Shown one piece after another: positions 1 to 9,749 of a DNA stretch of 64,000 nt. The position numbers were made by a program, and so were the translations under genes. The notes below the pieces were generated by a model. That model was not told the DNA's origin. It worked only from the letters and a program-made list of their open reading frames with translations, and made no database searches. Source of the DNA: Candidatus Levybacteria bacterium RIFCSPHIGHO2_01_FULL_40_16 (GTDB taxonomy: Bacteria > Patescibacteriota > Microgenomatia > Levybacterales > UBA12049); contig MFNS01000001.1 in assembly GCA_001783805.1 (NCBI GenBank), positions 128,649-192,648 on the forward strand, written 5' to 3'. Every line of letters starts with the position of its first letter. Positions within the stretch are counted from its first letter, which is position 1.

Positions 1-395
1 CACTTGAACTTCCCAAAAACAAGATCACGCACCGTATCCGCAATCCTATAAATACTACGAAAAGGAAATATCCAAATGGGGGAATAAGGTTCCCGTAATA
101 GCTTTTGGTGCAGGCCCCACAGGCAGAAATGTTCTTTACAGACGCAAAGGAATGTCCACAAAAGAGTCTTTTGAGAGACTCAAAAAAGCGGCAGGATTAT
201 AGAATCCATTTTTGATTGACAAAATAAGGGCTTGGAATATTATTCGACTTATGGGAAAGCGAGGAGTAGAATTGGAAGATTTAGGAAGTAGTAAGCAAAA
301 AAATAAAAAAAAGCGGAAAAAGGAATGTTAGAATAATTTGACTTCTTGGGCGCGGGGAAAATGTTATCATATTTTTTTTGTGATATAGTTAGGTA

Positions 396-863
396 GTGAG
401 ATTAAATCTACCGAAATTAATTGTTTCAATTGCGCTTCCTCTTATTGTTGGTTTTTCAGGTTCTGTTTTTACTGTTTCCGCGGTTCCTACTTGGTATGCA
501 ACTTTGAATAAACCCTCTTTCAGTCCGCCAAACTATCTTTTTGGTCCTGTTTGGACGATTTTGTATATTCTTATGGGAATTTCATTGTATTTTCTCTGGA
601 CCGCCAAGAAAAAAGGAGAAGGAAAAGCAATAAAATTATTCCTAATTCAATTGGTGTTAAATTTTTTCTGGTCAATAATATTTTTTGGATGGCATAATCC
701 GCAAGCGGCTTTTCTCGAAATTATTTCTCTTTGGATTTTTATTTTTCTGACAATCCGCCAATCATTACTTATTTCCAAAACTTCGGCCTATCTTCTGTAT
801 CCTTACCTTGTCTGGGTAAGCTTTGCCTCAATCCTAAATCTTTCCATAGTCCTCCTTAACTAA
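396..863 (+). CDS. tspO: TspO/MBR family tryptophan-rich sensory protein (5-TM membrane protein)
   Basis: ORF translation has the TspO signature WYATLNKPSFSPPNYLFGPVWTILYILMGISLYFLW and multiple hydrophobic helices. The start is GTG at 396, with no in-frame ATG nearby. Confidence 0.8.
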   Translation: MRLNLPKLIVSIALPLIVGFSGSVFTVSAVPTWYATLNKPSFSPPNYLFGPVWTILYILMGISLYFLWTAKKKGEGKAIKLFLIQLVLNFFWSIIFFGWHNPQAAFLEIISLWIFIFLTIRQSLLISKTSAYLLYPYLVWVSFASILNLSIVLLN

Positions 864-915
864 TTTCCTATTGTTTTAGCTTGAATATTTGTTTTTTTAA
901 TGATACTCTACCATT

Positions 916-1194
916 ATGACAATAGAGATGATAGGGAAAAAAGGGCCATTTGGACTGATTAAAAGTCGAAAGGAGGTTTTTCCTTCAAAGCCGTATTCTT
1001 TTATTCCTCCACCCGGAATTTCAAAAAGAGCTATTGAGATTGTAACATCAGATGTAATAAGAGTATGTGACGTTTCAATCAATAACGGAAGTTTACGGGT
1101 CAAATGTTTAAGTGAAGAGCAAATCAATGAGGCAAAATTAACAATTCCCGGAAAAAATGGGAAATCTGTCAAGCTTAGATGGAGACAGGGTTGA
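916..1194 (+). CDS. hypothetical small protein (uncertain; overlaps an antisense ORF 897..1247)
   Basis: 92-aa ORF in the 360-bp gap between tspO and the DUF763 gene. No recognisable motif. Two mutually exclusive ORFs lie on opposite strands, so one or neither may be real. Confidence 0.25.
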   Translation: MTIEMIGKKGPFGLIKSRKEVFPSKPYSFIPPPGISKRAIEIVTSDVIRVCDVSINNGSLRVKCLSEEQINEAKLTIPGKNGKSVKLRWRQG

Positions 1195-1225
1195 TAAATT
1201 TCTTCTTTAGTGCTACCTTGATTGT

Positions 1226-2413
1226 ATGAGAAGAGGGGTAGCCACATTCACATTAGATAGCGGGCGTTGTCCTCCATGGCTTTTTCAAAGAATGGTGGCG
1301 TTGGGGCGGGAAATTATTTATGTCTTAATTGACGAATATGGTCCGGATGAATTCGTCAGAAGGATTGCCGATCCGGTCTGGTTTCAATCTTTGGGAACAA
1401 TTCTGGCTTTTGACTGGAATGCGTCCGGCTTAACGACTATTCTGACAGCCGCCCTGAAAGAAGCAATCCGCGGAGACGAACGAAATCTCGGGTTGTTTAT
1501 CTGCGGAGGAAAAGGCAAAACCTCGCTCAAAACTCCGGTCGAGATAGAAAATTGGGGACGAATACTTAATTTCGATATTGAACAAACTCGCGGCCTCAAA
1601 TTTAGTTCCAAAATGGCCGCCAAAGTAGATAGTTCTCTGATCCAAGACGGTTATTCAATCTATCATCACGCCTTTATTTTTTCCCGCAATGGAGCATGGG
1701 CCGTAGTTCAGCAGGGAATGAATACAGCAAGTTCATCGGCAAGGAGATATCATTGGGGTGATGAACTTGATCTCAAAACTCAAAGCTCAAAACTCAAAGC
1801 TAAGAATTTTACTGAAGAACCACATACGGGTATTGCCTCTCAAGTGTTTGAGAAAAATGTTTTAAACTTGGTGGCCAAGAAAAGCAGAAAGAATAAAGAT
1901 ATTGCCACGCAACTTATTTCCTCAAGTTATATGACGGTAATGAAAAATATTCAATTGCTAAGGTCGCATTTTTCAAGTCTTTCTCGGTCAATAACCCTGA
2001 GAAACGGGGCAGAACAACTAAGTATTTTGCAGTTGTCCGACGAACACTTCAGGACTCATCCGGTTATTCTTGAAGATTTTGGGAAAAGTAAATACCTGGA
2101 AAAAATAATTCAGAAAGTCTGCTTCGAAAAGCCTCAAAATTACGAGCAATTCCTCGCCACCGAGGGTGTCGGGCCCAAAACTGTCCGCGCTTTGTCTTTG
2201 GTATCGGAGGTAATCTATGGAGCGGATCCTTCCTATGAAGATCCGGCCAGATACAGTTTTGCCTTCGGCGGAAAGGACGCCATTCCGTATCCCGTGGACA
2301 AGCCTATCTATGACAAAACCATTTCTTTGCTGGAGCGGGCAATAAACCGATCGAAAATCAATCTTTTCGAAAAGCAGAAGGCTCTGCGCCGCTTAGACAA
2401 AGTTTACAAATAA
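1226..2413 (+). CDS. DUF763-family protein
   Basis: N-terminus RCPPWLFQRMVALGREIIYVLIDEYGPDEFVRRIADPVWFQSLGTILAFDWNASGLTT resembles the conserved DUF763 N-terminal block as I recall it. Carries an in-frame heptamer repeat at 1772-1799 encoding LKTQSSKLKAK. Confidence 0.55.
   Translation: MRRGVATFTLDSGRCPPWLFQRMVALGREIIYVLIDEYGPDEFVRRIADPVWFQSLGTILAFDWNASGLTTILTAALKEAIRGDERNLGLFICGGKGKTSLKTPVEIENWGRILNFDIEQTRGLKFSSKMAAKVDSSLIQDGYSIYHHAFIFSRNGAWAVVQQGMNTASSSARRYHWGDELDLKTQSSKLKAKNFTEEPHTGIASQVFEKNVLNLVAKKSRKNKDIATQLISSSYMTVMKNIQLLRSHFSSLSRSITLRNGAEQLSILQLSDEHFRTHPVILEDFGKSKYLEKIIQKVCFEKPQNYEQFLATEGVGPKTVRALSLVSEVIYGADPSYEDPARYSFAFGGKDAIPYPVDKPIYDKTISLLERAINRSKINLFEKQKALRRLDKVYK
1772..1799 (+). 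repeat. heptanucleotide tandem repeat (CTCAAAA/CTCAAAG)x4 inside the DUF763 CDS
   Basis: ctcaaaactcaaagctcaaaactcaaag, in-frame, encoding LKTQSSKLKA. Confidence 0.8.
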
Positions 2414-2428
2414 TAGTATAATATCCCA

Positions 2429-3436
2429 ATGGCACAGCTATTCGGATTAGTTCTTTTGTCTCTTTTTATAACCGGGACACTTCTCATTCCCTTTATTGAT
2501 TTTCTTTACAAGATGAAATTCCGCCGCGCCAAACAGAAAACTGTGGATATGTTCAATAAGCCCACGCCTACCTTTGACAAATTTAACAATTGGAAAGCCG
2601 GTACGCCATTCGGTGGAGGAATATTGATTATTGCCGTTGTTTGTGCGCTAACCTTCTGGGCATACGGGATACTTGGTACAAGCATTAATGGCTGGGAAGT
2701 AGCTACGATTATGCTGACTTTTATCGGTTTTGGAGCGTTGGGTTTCTACGATGATTTCAGGAAACTGGTTGACGGACACGGAGGGTTTTTTGGCCTGAAA
2801 TTCAGACATAAATTCGCAATTCAGTGGGCCTTGGCGCTTGGAGTAGCCGCAATCATGTATTTTCAGCTGGGATACTCTTACATTTTCATTAGAGGCTTTG
2901 GGTTGGTGGCTCTGGGATTGTTATTTATTCCTTTTGCCGCTTTTGTAATTGTGGCTTTTGCAAATGCTTTTAATATTGCAGACGGCTTGGACGGTTTGGC
3001 ATCGGGACTGTTGTTAATTTGTCTGGCGGCATTTTTAGCAATTACTTCCAATCAGCTGGATCAGCCTCTGGGAATATTCGTTGCGGTTCTGATGGGCTCG
3101 GTTGGAGCGTTCCTGTATTTCAATATTTATAAAGCCAGAATTTGGCTGGGAGATGTGGGGGCCTTATCTTTGGGAGCAGCCTTGGCGGTAATCGGACTGT
3201 TAACCGGCAAAGTTATTGCTTTAGCATTTATTGGAGGAGTATTTATTATCGAAATTGCCTCATCTCTAATTCAAATCATTTCAAAAAAGTTTTTCCACAG
3301 AAAAATTTTTTCGGTTTCCCCTTTTCATCTTCTTTTACGGCGAAAAGGTTGGGATGAGCCGAAAATAGTGATGCGGGCTTGGCTTTTGGGATTTCTTTTT
3401 GCTATTCTTGGATTATATATCGCTTTTATTCAGTAA
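2429..3436 (+). CDS. mraY: phospho-N-acetylmuramoyl-pentapeptide transferase MraY
   Basis: Polytopic membrane protein with the MraY motifs NAFNIADGLDGLASG and DVGALSLGAALA. Sits in a division/cell-wall gene cluster. Confidence 0.9.
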   Translation: MAQLFGLVLLSLFITGTLLIPFIDFLYKMKFRRAKQKTVDMFNKPTPTFDKFNNWKAGTPFGGGILIIAVVCALTFWAYGILGTSINGWEVATIMLTFIGFGALGFYDDFRKLVDGHGGFFGLKFRHKFAIQWALALGVAAIMYFQLGYSYIFIRGFGLVALGLLFIPFAAFVIVAFANAFNIADGLDGLASGLLLICLAAFLAITSNQLDQPLGIFVAVLMGSVGAFLYFNIYKARIWLGDVGALSLGAALAVIGLLTGKVIALAFIGGVFIIEIASSLIQIISKKFFHRKIFSVSPFHLLLRRKGWDEPKIVMRAWLLGFLFAILGLYIAFIQ

Positions 3437-3455
3437 TTCATCTTCGTAATTCGAT

Positions 3456-4523
3456 ATGAAAAAAAATGACATTTCTCTATTGATTTCCGTTGTAATTCTC
3501 ACTTTTTTCGGACTTTTTATGATTTATGATGCGTCGAGTTTTGTAGCTTTTAGGGATTTTGGAGATAAATATCATTATGTTAAAGATCAATTTATCTGGA
3601 TAGTGCTTGGGCTGGGGGCGTTAACTTTTTTTTCTTTTTTTGATTATCATAAATTACATGCTTTAGCACTGCCTATACTTTCGGGAGCTTTAGTGCTTTT
3701 AATTCTGGTTTTTGTTCCCGGCATTGGGGTTAATCTTTTAGGGGCCAACCGTTGGATCAATCTAGGGGCTTTTCTTTTACAGCCTGCGGAATTCGTCAAG
3801 CTTGCCTTAGCAATCTATCTGGCAGCCTGGTTCTCTCACAAAGAGAAGGGCAGGCTGCCCGCATTCTTACTCTTGATGGGATTGGTTTTGGGATTGGTGA
3901 TTAGCGAACCGGATATGGGAACAACGGCGGTAATTTTAGCTGAAGGACTAATAATCTATTTTTTGTCGGGAGCCAATATTTTTTATTTTTCCATCATAGT
4001 TCCCCTACTTGGGTTCTTGGGATTTTTATTTGTAAAATTCTCTTCTTATCGTGCAGAAAGACTGGAGTCATTCTTGAACATTGACTCAACCTTACAGTCT
4101 TCTTCTTATCACGTCAAGCAAATTCTAATTGCTTTCGGATCGGGCGGTTTATTGGGAGTAGGATTGGGAAATTCTTTGCAAAAATATGCCTATCTTCCCG
4201 AAAGCACAACGGATTCTATTTTTGCGATTGTTGCCGAGGAGTTGGGCTTTGTCGGGGCAGTCGCGCTAATTCTATTTTTCATTTTTATTATTTCCCGCTG
4301 TTTTAAAATTGCTGTTAATGCCAAAGATAATTTTGGGAAACTTTTGGCAGGAGGTATCACAACTTTTATAGCAATCCAAACAATTATTAATCTATCTGCC
4401 CAAACAGTACTGGTTCCTTTGACCGGCATTCCTTTACCCTTTATTTCCTATGGGGGCTCAAGCTTGATTGTTGATCTGACTGCAATCGGAATTCTTTTGA
4501 ATATTTCCAAACAAGGAAGCTGA
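3456..4523 (+). CDS. ftsW: SEDS family peptidoglycan polymerase FtsW
   Basis: SEDS motifs (MIYDASS N-terminus, PLPFISYGGSSLIV C-terminal block). Located between mraY and murG. Confidence 0.85.
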   Translation: MKKNDISLLISVVILTFFGLFMIYDASSFVAFRDFGDKYHYVKDQFIWIVLGLGALTFFSFFDYHKLHALALPILSGALVLLILVFVPGIGVNLLGANRWINLGAFLLQPAEFVKLALAIYLAAWFSHKEKGRLPAFLLLMGLVLGLVISEPDMGTTAVILAEGLIIYFLSGANIFYFSIIVPLLGFLGFLFVKFSSYRAERLESFLNIDSTLQSSSYHVKQILIAFGSGGLLGVGLGNSLQKYAYLPESTTDSIFAIVAEELGFVGAVALILFFIFIISRCFKIAVNAKDNFGKLLAGGITTFIAIQTIINLSAQTVLVPLTGIPLPFISYGGSSLIVDLTAIGILLNISKQGS

Positions 4524-4534
4524 CAGACCTTATT

Positions 4535-5665
4535 ATGAAGATTGTTATAATTGGCGGACATTTGGCGCCGGCCCTGTCTGTCTTGGAGGCATTGCCGAAA
4601 AATACGCAAATTCTTTTTATCGGCAGGAAATATGCCTTAGAAGGGGATAACACTTTATCTTTGGAATACGAGACAATTTCCGGCTTAGGCATTCCCTTTG
4701 TCGGTTTGAATACGGGAAGATGGCAGCGCAAACTTACCGAATTTACCATCCTTTCCTTATTGAAACTTCCTTTGGGAATTATTAAATCTTTTTTAATCTT
4801 AATTGATTTCAGGCCGGACGTTGTGTTGGGATTTGGAGGATATGTCTCTATTCCCGTAGCGTTTTGCGCTTTCTTACTTAGAATCCCGGTTGTGATCCAT
4901 GAGCAGACCATGGGGGCAGGTGTTGCCAACCGGCTGATTTCCCGGTTTGCTAAAAAAATTTGCATATCCTGGAATTCTTCAAGAAAATATTTTCCGAAGG
5001 ACAAAGTTGTAATGACCGGAAATCCCATACGTAAATTCTTAATCTTGGAATTGCCCTCGGGAAAGTTCTCAATTTTTGGCAACAAATTACCGACAATTTA
5101 TATTACGGGCGGCAGTTCCGGGTCGCATTTCATCAATGTCTTAATTGAAGAAATAATCAAAGAGCTTCTAGTTACCTACAATGTTGTTCATCAAGCCGGA
5201 GATACTCATGAATACCGTGATTTTGACCGTCTGAAAATCTTGAAAGAGAATTTGCCCGAGAGCCTGCGCGAAAACTATATCTTGGAAAAATTCATTAATC
5301 CGTCCGAGATTGGGGATTTGATAAATTTGTCGTCTCTAATTATTGCGCGCTCCGGCATGAATACTATTACGGAGTTAATCTATTTCGAAAAACCGGCTCT
5401 TTTAATTCCTCTGCCTTTTTCCCAAGGCGGAGAACAAACAAGGAATGCTAAATTTTTAGAAAAAATTGGACTGGGTATTGTTCTGCCCCAAGCAGGCTTA
5501 AATGGAAAAAAGCTCTTGCAGGCAATTGAGCTGATATTCCGCAATATAGATAAATATAAGATAAATAATAAAGAACGCAGAAGTTTTCCTGTAAAAAGCG
5601 CAGCGCACAATATAATTTCGGTAATAAATTATGCCTATGAATCCAAGACAGCAAAAAAATCTTAA
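4535..5665 (+). CDS. murG: undecaprenyldiphospho-muramoylpentapeptide beta-N-acetylglucosaminyltransferase MurG
   Basis: N-terminal GGHLAPALSV and the ITGGSSGS nucleotide-sugar binding block typical of MurG (GT28). Sits between ftsW and ftsA in the division cluster. Confidence 0.85.
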   Translation: MKIVIIGGHLAPALSVLEALPKNTQILFIGRKYALEGDNTLSLEYETISGLGIPFVGLNTGRWQRKLTEFTILSLLKLPLGIIKSFLILIDFRPDVVLGFGGYVSIPVAFCAFLLRIPVVIHEQTMGAGVANRLISRFAKKICISWNSSRKYFPKDKVVMTGNPIRKFLILELPSGKFSIFGNKLPTIYITGGSSGSHFINVLIEEIIKELLVTYNVVHQAGDTHEYRDFDRLKILKENLPESLRENYILEKFINPSEIGDLINLSSLIIARSGMNTITELIYFEKPALLIPLPFSQGGEQTRNAKFLEKIGLGIVLPQAGLNGKKLLQAIELIFRNIDKYKINNKERRSFPVKSAAHNIISVINYAYESKTAKKS

Positions 5666-6026
5666 GAGAAAATTTGCCGCGTATATTTTACTGTTAGGAA
5701 TATTAGGATTTATTGCGTTTTTTTTAAATACATTTTTTGTCTCAGGCAAGCCATTGTTCATCAGCCCAGTCGGCAAAATAAATATTAACCGAGCAGAGGT
5801 TGAAAAGATTCTCAAGAACAATCATGTATCATTTTCCAAAATAATTTCGGAGAATAATTCTTACTTGGTTGATATTTCCAATAACGGACAGGTTCGGCTT
5901 TCTTTGGATAAGGACATTGGACAGCAAATATCCTCTTTACAAAGAATACTCATTCAGCTTACAATAGAAGGTAAGCCATTCAAGAGCATAGATTTTAGGT
6001 TTGCAGAACCTATCATCTCCTTTTAA
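5631..6026 (+). CDS. ftsQ: short FtsQ/DivIB-like cell division protein (N-terminal TM plus POTRA-like segment)
   Basis: 131 aa with a basic N-terminus, one TM helix and then a small extracytoplasmic domain. Sits in the canonical ftsQ slot between murG and ftsA but is much shorter than typical FtsQ. Confidence 0.4.
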   Translation: MPMNPRQQKNLKRKFAAYILLLGILGFIAFFLNTFFVSGKPLFISPVGKININRAEVEKILKNNHVSFSKIISENNSYLVDISNNGQVRLSLDKDIGQQISSLQRILIQLTIEGKPFKSIDFRFAEPIISF

Positions 6027-6033
6027 TAAAAGT

Positions 6034-7326
6034 ATGAGTGAGGGTAAAATAATTGTAGGCGTTGATATCGGTACCTCAAAAATTGTCACCATCATTGCCA
6101 GGGTTGATGAAGAGTTCGTCAACGTCCTGGGAGTTTCCGAAGTTCCTTCCCGCGGAGTCAAAAAAGGCCAGATTGTCGACATTAAAGAAGCGGTAGAATC
6201 CATAAATAATTCGCTGGATGGGGCGGAAAGAATGGCGGGACATTCAGTAGGGAGTGTCGTGGCTTCAATCGGAGGAAGTCAAATCGAGTCACAAAATTCC
6301 AGGGGCGTTGTGGCTGTCTCTTCATCTGCAGGCGAAATCACAGAAAGTGATCTTGCCCGGGTAATTGATGCTGCCAAAGCTGTCTCTCTTCCCTCCAGCC
6401 GTCAAATTCTTCACGTTCTTCCCCGCAATTATGCGGTAGATGGACAAGAAGGAATAAAAGATCCCCTTGGTATGATTGGAATAAGACTGGAAGTTGATAC
6501 GCATATTATCTCGGCTGCTTCTCCGTCTTTGAGTAATTTGGAAAAAGTTTTTTCTCAAGTCGGCATTGATATCGACGGCGTTGCTTTCAGCGGATACGCG
6601 TCAAGTCTCGCGGTTTTATCCGAAACAGAGAAGGAGCTAGGGGTTGTGCTGGTAGATATTGGAGCGGGAACAACAGATATTTCCATTTATTCCGAAGGAT
6701 CGGTTGCTTATTCTTCTGTCCTGGCAATTGGGGCAAGGCATATTACCAATGATCTGGCAATAGGGCTTCGGATTTCTTTGGAATCCTCGGAAAAGATAAA
6801 GATCTATCTGTCTAATATGTCAAAAAGACCCAAAATTGAAAGATTAGGAGAGACTTTTGAAAGAGAGGCCAGGAATATTGATGAAATAGATTTAAGTTCT
6901 TTGGGACTTACCGAAGATTTGCGGAAAGTTTCCCATAAAACACTAACTGACGGAATAGTTAGACCGCGACTTAATGAGATTTTTACCATGATCGGAATGG
7001 AAATAAAAAGATCAGGATACGCGGGCCAGACTCCTGCGGGAATTGTAATAACCGGGGGAGGGGCATTAACGGTCGGGGCAGCGGATAGCGCGAAAAGAAC
7101 CTTGGCAATGCCGGTTCGAATTGGAACTCCAATTAACATCAAGGGGTTAATTGATGAAATACAGTATCCTTCTTTTGCCTCCGTTGTCGGATTGGCGGTT
7201 TTCGGGGCAACTCTGGATATTAAACCGTCTTTGCCTTTCGGACTAAGCCTGCCTTCGTTTGGAAATTTGGGTATTAATCGGATATTTTCCAAAGTTTTTA
7301 AATTTATAAAATCTTTTCTGCCCTAA
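6034..7326 (+). CDS. ftsA: cell division protein FtsA (actin-like ATPase)
   Basis: IVGVDIGTSKIVTII phosphate-1 motif, DIGAGTTDISIY and GIVITGGGAL actin-fold motifs. An alternative TTG start at 6001 is possible. Confidence 0.9.
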   Translation: MSEGKIIVGVDIGTSKIVTIIARVDEEFVNVLGVSEVPSRGVKKGQIVDIKEAVESINNSLDGAERMAGHSVGSVVASIGGSQIESQNSRGVVAVSSSAGEITESDLARVIDAAKAVSLPSSRQILHVLPRNYAVDGQEGIKDPLGMIGIRLEVDTHIISAASPSLSNLEKVFSQVGIDIDGVAFSGYASSLAVLSETEKELGVVLVDIGAGTTDISIYSEGSVAYSSVLAIGARHITNDLAIGLRISLESSEKIKIYLSNMSKRPKIERLGETFEREARNIDEIDLSSLGLTEDLRKVSHKTLTDGIVRPRLNEIFTMIGMEIKRSGYAGQTPAGIVITGGGALTVGAADSAKRTLAMPVRIGTPINIKGLIDEIQYPSFASVVGLAVFGATLDIKPSLPFGLSLPSFGNLGINRIFSKVFKFIKSFLP

Positions 7327-7382
7327 ATGGACTCATTGACTTTTGCGAAATTGGGTGTTAGGATAAGTTGAATCGATAACTT

Positions 7383-8501
7383 ATGTTAATCAAACCTCAA
7401 ACAACTAACTTTGCCAAAATCCGGGTTTTGGGTATAGGCGGAGGAGGAATGAATGCGCTCAATTCCATGATTAAAATTAGCGAGGTTAAAGGGGTTGATT
7501 TTATTTCCGTAAATACCGATGCGCAGGTTCTTCTGCTGTCGCAATCCCCAACCAAAATTCAAATTGGAGAAAATCTTACCAAGGGTTTGGGTAGCGGCGG
7601 AAATCCGGATATCGGACGTCAGGCCGCCGAGGAATCTTATGAAAAAATAAAAGAATTTATTGATGGGTCGGACATGGTTTTTATCACAGCCGGTATGGGA
7701 GGCGGAACCGGTACTGGAGCAAGTGCGGTAATTGCCAGAGCCGCAAAAGAAGTTGGCGCTTTGACTGTGGCAGTTGTGACCAAGCCTTTTGCTTTTGAAG
7801 GAACCAGAAGAATGGTCGTGGCAGAAGACGGGATCGAAACTCTCCGAGACAAAGTGGACACGCTCATAGTTATTCCCAACCAAAGAATTCTGGATGTAGT
7901 TGACAAAAAAGTATCCCTTCTTGAAGCCTTTAGAATTGCAGATTCCGTACTAACGCAAGGGGTGCAAGGAATCTCCGATTTAATTACAATTCCGGGACTA
8001 ATCAATGTTGATTTCGCAGATGTAAAAGTCATTATGAGTAATGCCGGGTCGGCTTTGATGGGAATTGGTACCGGAGTTGGAGAAAATAGAGCGCAAACCG
8101 CAGCCCGCAGCGCAATTGCGTCTCCGCTTTTAGAAATTTCCATGGATGGAGCCAGGGGAGTTCTGTTTAACATTACCGGCGGGCCTGATTTGACAATGAC
8201 GGAAGTTGATGAGGCTGCCAAAATTATCTCCTCTGCTGCTGATCCTGATGCAAATATTATTTTCGGCGCGACAATTGATGAGGCAATGCATGACCAGATA
8301 AAAATCGCGGTTATTGCAACAGGTTTTGATCACGCCAGACAAACTCTTAAAGAATTTGTCAAGCCCTTAATAAGTCCGGTTGAGCCAAAACAGGAGTTAG
8401 CAAATGATACTCCGCAAGCGCCAAAACCGCAGGAAACGCCTGTTGAAGACAATAGCGACGACGCCTGGGACATCCCCGCATTCCTAAGACAGAGAAATTA
8501 A
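7383..8501 (+). CDS. ftsZ: cell division GTPase FtsZ
   Basis: Tubulin signature GGGTGTG ([13 protein letters not shown]), the NTDAQ motif, and an acidic C-terminal tail ending [10 protein letters not shown]. Confidence 0.95.
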   Translation: MLIKPQTTNFAKIRVLGIGGGGMNALNSMIKISEVKGVDFISVNTDAQVLLLSQSPTKIQIGENLTKGLGSGGNPDIGRQAAEESYEKIKEFIDGSDMVFITAGMGGGTGTGASAVIARAAKEVGALTVAVVTKPFAFEGTRRMVVAEDGIETLRDKVDTLIVIPNQRILDVVDKKVSLLEAFRIADSVLTQGVQGISDLITIPGLINVDFADVKVIMSNAGSALMGIGTGVGENRAQTAARSAIASPLLEISMDGARGVLFNITGGPDLTMTEVDEAAKIISSAADPDANIIFGATIDEAMHDQIKIAVIATGFDHARQTLKEFVKPLISPVEPKQELANDTPQAPKPQETPVEDNSDDAWDIPAFLRQRN

Positions 8502-8505
8502 ATTT

Positions 8506-8817
8506 ATGGAAGCTGGAAGACCGATTTTAGATAAAGGTAAACTCTACGAATTGACAGGAAAAGAGCAGGTTTTATTTTCTCTGTCTATCGGCTATGAACG
8601 TACTAGCAAAAAAGAAATAGAAACCGATTTAAAACTCAAAGAACTTAGGAAAAAGATTTCAAGTATAGCTAAATTTATGAATGAGCAAGTCATGCCGGAG
8701 GATTCATCATCTCTTGGTGCTGGCGATTATTATCGTGACGTTAGAATTGTAGTTAGACGGGATCCAATTACTGGACGTATGACAAAGGGATTTACTCTGA
8801 TCGGTGTTGTAAGATAA
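8506..8817 (+). CDS. hypothetical protein (co-directional, 5 bp after ftsZ)
   Basis: 103-aa ORF tightly coupled to the ftsZ stop. No recognisable family. Confidence 0.45.
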   Translation: MEAGRPILDKGKLYELTGKEQVLFSLSIGYERTSKKEIETDLKLKELRKKISSIAKFMNEQVMPEDSSSLGAGDYYRDVRIVVRRDPITGRMTKGFTLIGVVR

Positions 8818-8849
8818 TATCTCTTAATATAATTTCTCCGCCGGAGGAA
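8818..8849. terminator. possible bidirectional terminator hairpin between convergent genes
   Basis: TCTCCGCCGGAGGA forms a short GC stem (CTCCG/CGGAG) flanked by A/T-rich sequence on both sides. Weak. Confidence 0.25.
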
Positions 8850-9290
8850 CTAACTATTATTTAAGCTTCTTAGGTCTGAGAAGTTTTTTAGATAAAACCA
8901 AACCGCAACCAGCACAGTCAGTACACTGATGATCCAGCCAAAATAGTCCCCATAGAAAATGTGGTAAAAAGTGGATGTGGAATCAAGGACGATCGGATAC
9001 CATGAATAAACAACATTAATTAAATTAAATAACGACAAAAGGCAATAAATAATTAAATAAGTTTTGGCTTGCTTACTTAAGCCTATTGCCACAGCCAGCA
9101 AGGGAAACACCGGATACATATATCTGTCATGCATGCCGGGAAGAAAAAGGAAAACCAGAAAAGCAAAAAAGAAAACAAGAATAAAGATAAGAGCAAATTT
9201 ATTTATTTTCCATTTCATTTTTAAATCATACATTAAGAAAATAGAAAAGTAAAAATAAGAAATGTTAATTCTTGACTTATCCCCATTCAA
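8850..9290 (-). CDS. hypothetical integral membrane protein
   Basis: 146 aa with several hydrophobic helices. Convergent with the previous gene. AT-rich. Confidence 0.45.
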   Translation of the reverse strand: MNGDKSRINISYFYFSIFLMYDLKMKWKINKFALIFILVFFFAFLVFLFLPGMHDRYMYPVFPLLAVAIGLSKQAKTYLIIYCLLSLFNLINVVYSWYPIVLDSTSTFYHIFYGDYFGWIISVLTVLVAVWFYLKNFSDLRSLNNS

Positions 9291-9326
9291 TTGCTAATCT
9301 TAAGACAGAGGAATCGGTTGTCTATA

Positions 9327-9640
9327 TGAATAAAGAATCTGAGAATAAAGATTCTGATGTTCCGGAAACATCTCTAAATTTAGAAGAGCTTCAAAGAAGA
9401 AAGGATCGATTTCCGCAAGCTTTAGTTGGTCTTTCTCTTGCAGAAAAGCTTGCCAAAGCAAGCGGGAGTACTCATATTTATGAAAAATCACGGAAAAAAG
9501 GCGATAATCTGGTAATACTTGCGGTTGATAAACAGACAATACGGGCGATAAATGGGGGAATTAAAAAAATGTATATGGGTTTGGTTCAAGCCGGGCAGAA
9601 AAAATTTGCAGATAAAATTCTCCAAGAGAATAAGAAATAA
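9327..9640 (+). CDS. hypothetical protein
   Basis: ORF 9272..9640; the ATG at 9327 (MNKESENK...) is the more plausible start. Charged, no TM helix, no recognisable motif. Confidence 0.4.
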
Positions 9641-9749
9641 CCCCAGCAAAAAGCATCTTTAGGACGGGTGATGTAATTATAGGTTAGGAAAATATTAGCC
9701 GCAACAAACGCATAAAACCAAAATTGAAAAGGAGTTAGACCAAAACCGG

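Noticed and set aside
60-200. Possible SRP (4.5S) RNA from GGTGCAGGCCCCACAGGCAG
   Set aside because: The conserved domain-IV motif (GGAAGGAAGCAGCC with symmetric loops) is absent. The resemblance is superficial.
6001-6033. TTG start at 6001 for ftsA (MQNLSSPFNKS...)
   Set aside because: The ATG at 6034 gives the canonical FtsA N-terminus (M..KIIVGVDIGTSK). It also avoids overlap with the ftsQ-like ORF end. The TTG start is kept only as an alternative.
7386-8342. Antisense ORFs inside ftsZ (7386..7883, 7637..8221, 8130..8342 minus strand)
   Set aside because: They sit opposite a very well supported gene. Low-complexity P/T/S-rich translations with no independent signals.
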